NCBI GenBank assembly: GCA_023645945.1
Contig: JALAIB010000094.1
Span: 1-32,821 of the forward strand
Direction: 5' to 3'
Length of the DNA stretch: 32,821 bases
Origin: Diploschistes diacapsis
Taxonomy: Eukaryota
The notes beneath the pieces were generated by a model, which saw only the letters and a program-made list of their open reading frames with translations, searched no databases and was not told the origin of the DNA. The translations under genes were made by a program, and so were the position numbers. This document shows, one piece after another, positions 31,641 to 32,821 of the stretch; the stretch's first letter is position 1; each line of letters begins with the position of its first letter.

Positions 31641-32821
31641 ATGGCCGGCCACATGAGCACGGACGACGCCTTCGTCGTGGGGGAAGACCACGCCACGGGC
31701 TTCCAAGCCTCGGCCAACGCCCTCGACGCCCTGACCACCGCCACGGTGCAGTCCCACGCCGACAGCCCGCAGAAGCACCTGCACGCGCCCGCCGATTCGT
31801 CCCACGTTCACGGCTGGCTCGCCACGCACTTCCACTCCGAAGGCCTCCTGTCCAAGATGCAATCGCTCGAAAACAGGCACCACCTGGGCAACTACGTGGT
31901 CGACCGGCGGACGGGCCGGAAGACGTGGGAGAGCATGTCCCTCTACGTGCGGCTGGGCATGCACCTCCTCTACTACGGCACGGAGCAGGAGAAGCTGCTC
32001 CACGACCAGCGCGCGCTGGCCCTGCTGAGGGAGCAATCGGAGAAGATGGGCCGCGAGTACGACGCGCCGGAGAGCAGGGCGCACATCCAGCCCTTCATCG
32101 ACAGCTTCCAGCTGGGCGCGAGCATGCGCGAGATGGTCGAGCCCGACCCGGCCGCGTACCCGACCTTCAACGCCTTCTTCGCGCGGCAGATCAAGCCGTC
32201 GGCGCGCCCGCCCGACGAGCCGGGCAACGACGCCGTGGCCTCCAGCCCGGCCGACTGCCGGCTGACGGCCTTCCCGACCGTCGGCGCGGCGACCAGGTAC
32301 TGGATCAAGGGCTTCGGCTTCACCACCCGCCGGCTGCTGGGCGGCGACGACGAGGCGCTGGCGGCGCGCCTGGACGGCGGCAGCATCGTGATCGCGCGCC
32401 TCGCGCCGCAGGACTATCACCGCTGGCACGCGCCCGTCTCGGGCACGGTGGAGGCCGTGCGCGAGATCCCCGGCGCCTACTACACCGTCAACCCGCAGGC
32501 CATCAACGAGCCCGGGACCATGGACGTGTTCTGCGAGAACCGCCGGTCCGTCATGACGATCCGGCGGGACGGGAGCGGGAGCCCGGTCGTGGTGGTGGCG
32601 GTGGGCGCGATGCTGGTGGGCTGCATCCGGTACAACGAGGGCATGGACAGGGTCGGGGCCAGGGTGCGGAGGGGCGACTGTCTGGGCGCGTTTTACTACG
32701 GCGGGAGCACGGTGATCGTTCTGTATCCGCCGGGGGAGCTGGTGCTGGATGCTGACCTGGTGAAGAACTCGGTGGAGGAGAACTGCGAGACGTTGATGAG
32801 GGTTGGGTGGAGGGTGGGGGT
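31641..32821 (+). CDS. Phosphatidylserine decarboxylase proenzyme (Psd2/Psd3-type catalytic domain, no C2 domains); the 3' end runs off the window
   Basis: The frame is open from ATG 31641 (MAGHMSTDD...) to the window end; it is absent from the ORF track because there is no stop. Motifs: YPTFNAFFAR, SPADCR (Asp), RLAPQDYHRWH (His), YTVNPQAI, ENRR, VGAMLVGCI and FYYGGSTV (GGST autocleavage/pyruvoyl site). Confidence 0.93.
   Translation, partial: MAGHMSTDDAFVVGEDHATGFQASANALDALTTATVQSHADSPQKHLHAPADSSHVHGWLATHFHSEGLLSKMQSLENRHHLGNYVVDRRTGRKTWESMSLYVRLGMHLLYYGTEQEKLLHDQRALALLREQSEKMGREYDAPESRAHIQPFIDSFQLGASMREMVEPDPAAYPTFNAFFARQIKPSARPPDEPGNDAVASSPADCRLTAFPTVGAATRYWIKGFGFTTRRLLGGDDEALAARLDGGSIVIARLAPQDYHRWHAPVSGTVEAVREIPGAYYTVNPQAINEPGTMDVFCENRRSVMTIRRDGSGSPVVVVAVGAMLVGCIRYNEGMDRVGARVRRGDCLGAFYYGGSTVIVLYPPGELVLDADLVKNSVEENCETLMRVGWRVG

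Noticed and set aside
31536..32755. Long ORFs of 297 aa (-) and 276 aa (+) over the PSD gene
   Set aside because: These are shadow frames caused by very high GC at third codon positions. The frame with the PSD motifs starts at 31641.
31641..32821. High GC and lack of introns in the PSD gene as a sign of horizontal transfer
   Set aside because: The adhesin gene shows similar GC enrichment, the motifs are of the fungal Psd2/Psd3 type, and there are no mobility signatures nearby.

Overview
Eukaryotic nuclear DNA from a filamentous ascomycete (Pezizomycotina, inferred from 47-73 nt GT-AG introns with CTRAC-type branch sites and from the gene families present). I reconstructed nine apparently intact genes by splicing the ORF track by hand: a conserved hypothetical protein with a C-terminal hydrophobic helix, a ZNFX1/SAD-3/Hrr1-type SF1 RNA helicase, a PARP-type zinc-finger protein, a ~1000-aa helical protein, an Ifh1/Crf1-like transcription cofactor, a Mad1-like CFEM/GPI adhesin, a second conserved hypothetical membrane protein, a Myb-like/SAP protein, and a phosphatidylserine decarboxylase cut off by the window end. 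The most notable signal is not in the ORF track. The apparently empty intervals hold gene relics: a heavily deleted, frameshifted, intron-retaining GMP synthase (GUA1) pseudogene with a Fot1/pogo-derived MITE 234 bp upstream, a frameshifted GH45/DPBB endoglucanase-like pseudogene, and possibly a decayed APH/kinase-like gene. The helicase has an N-terminal CCCH finger and a shortened RZ finger that lacks the catalytic Cys. All family assignments come from motif recognition and recalled consensus sequences; no database search was run.
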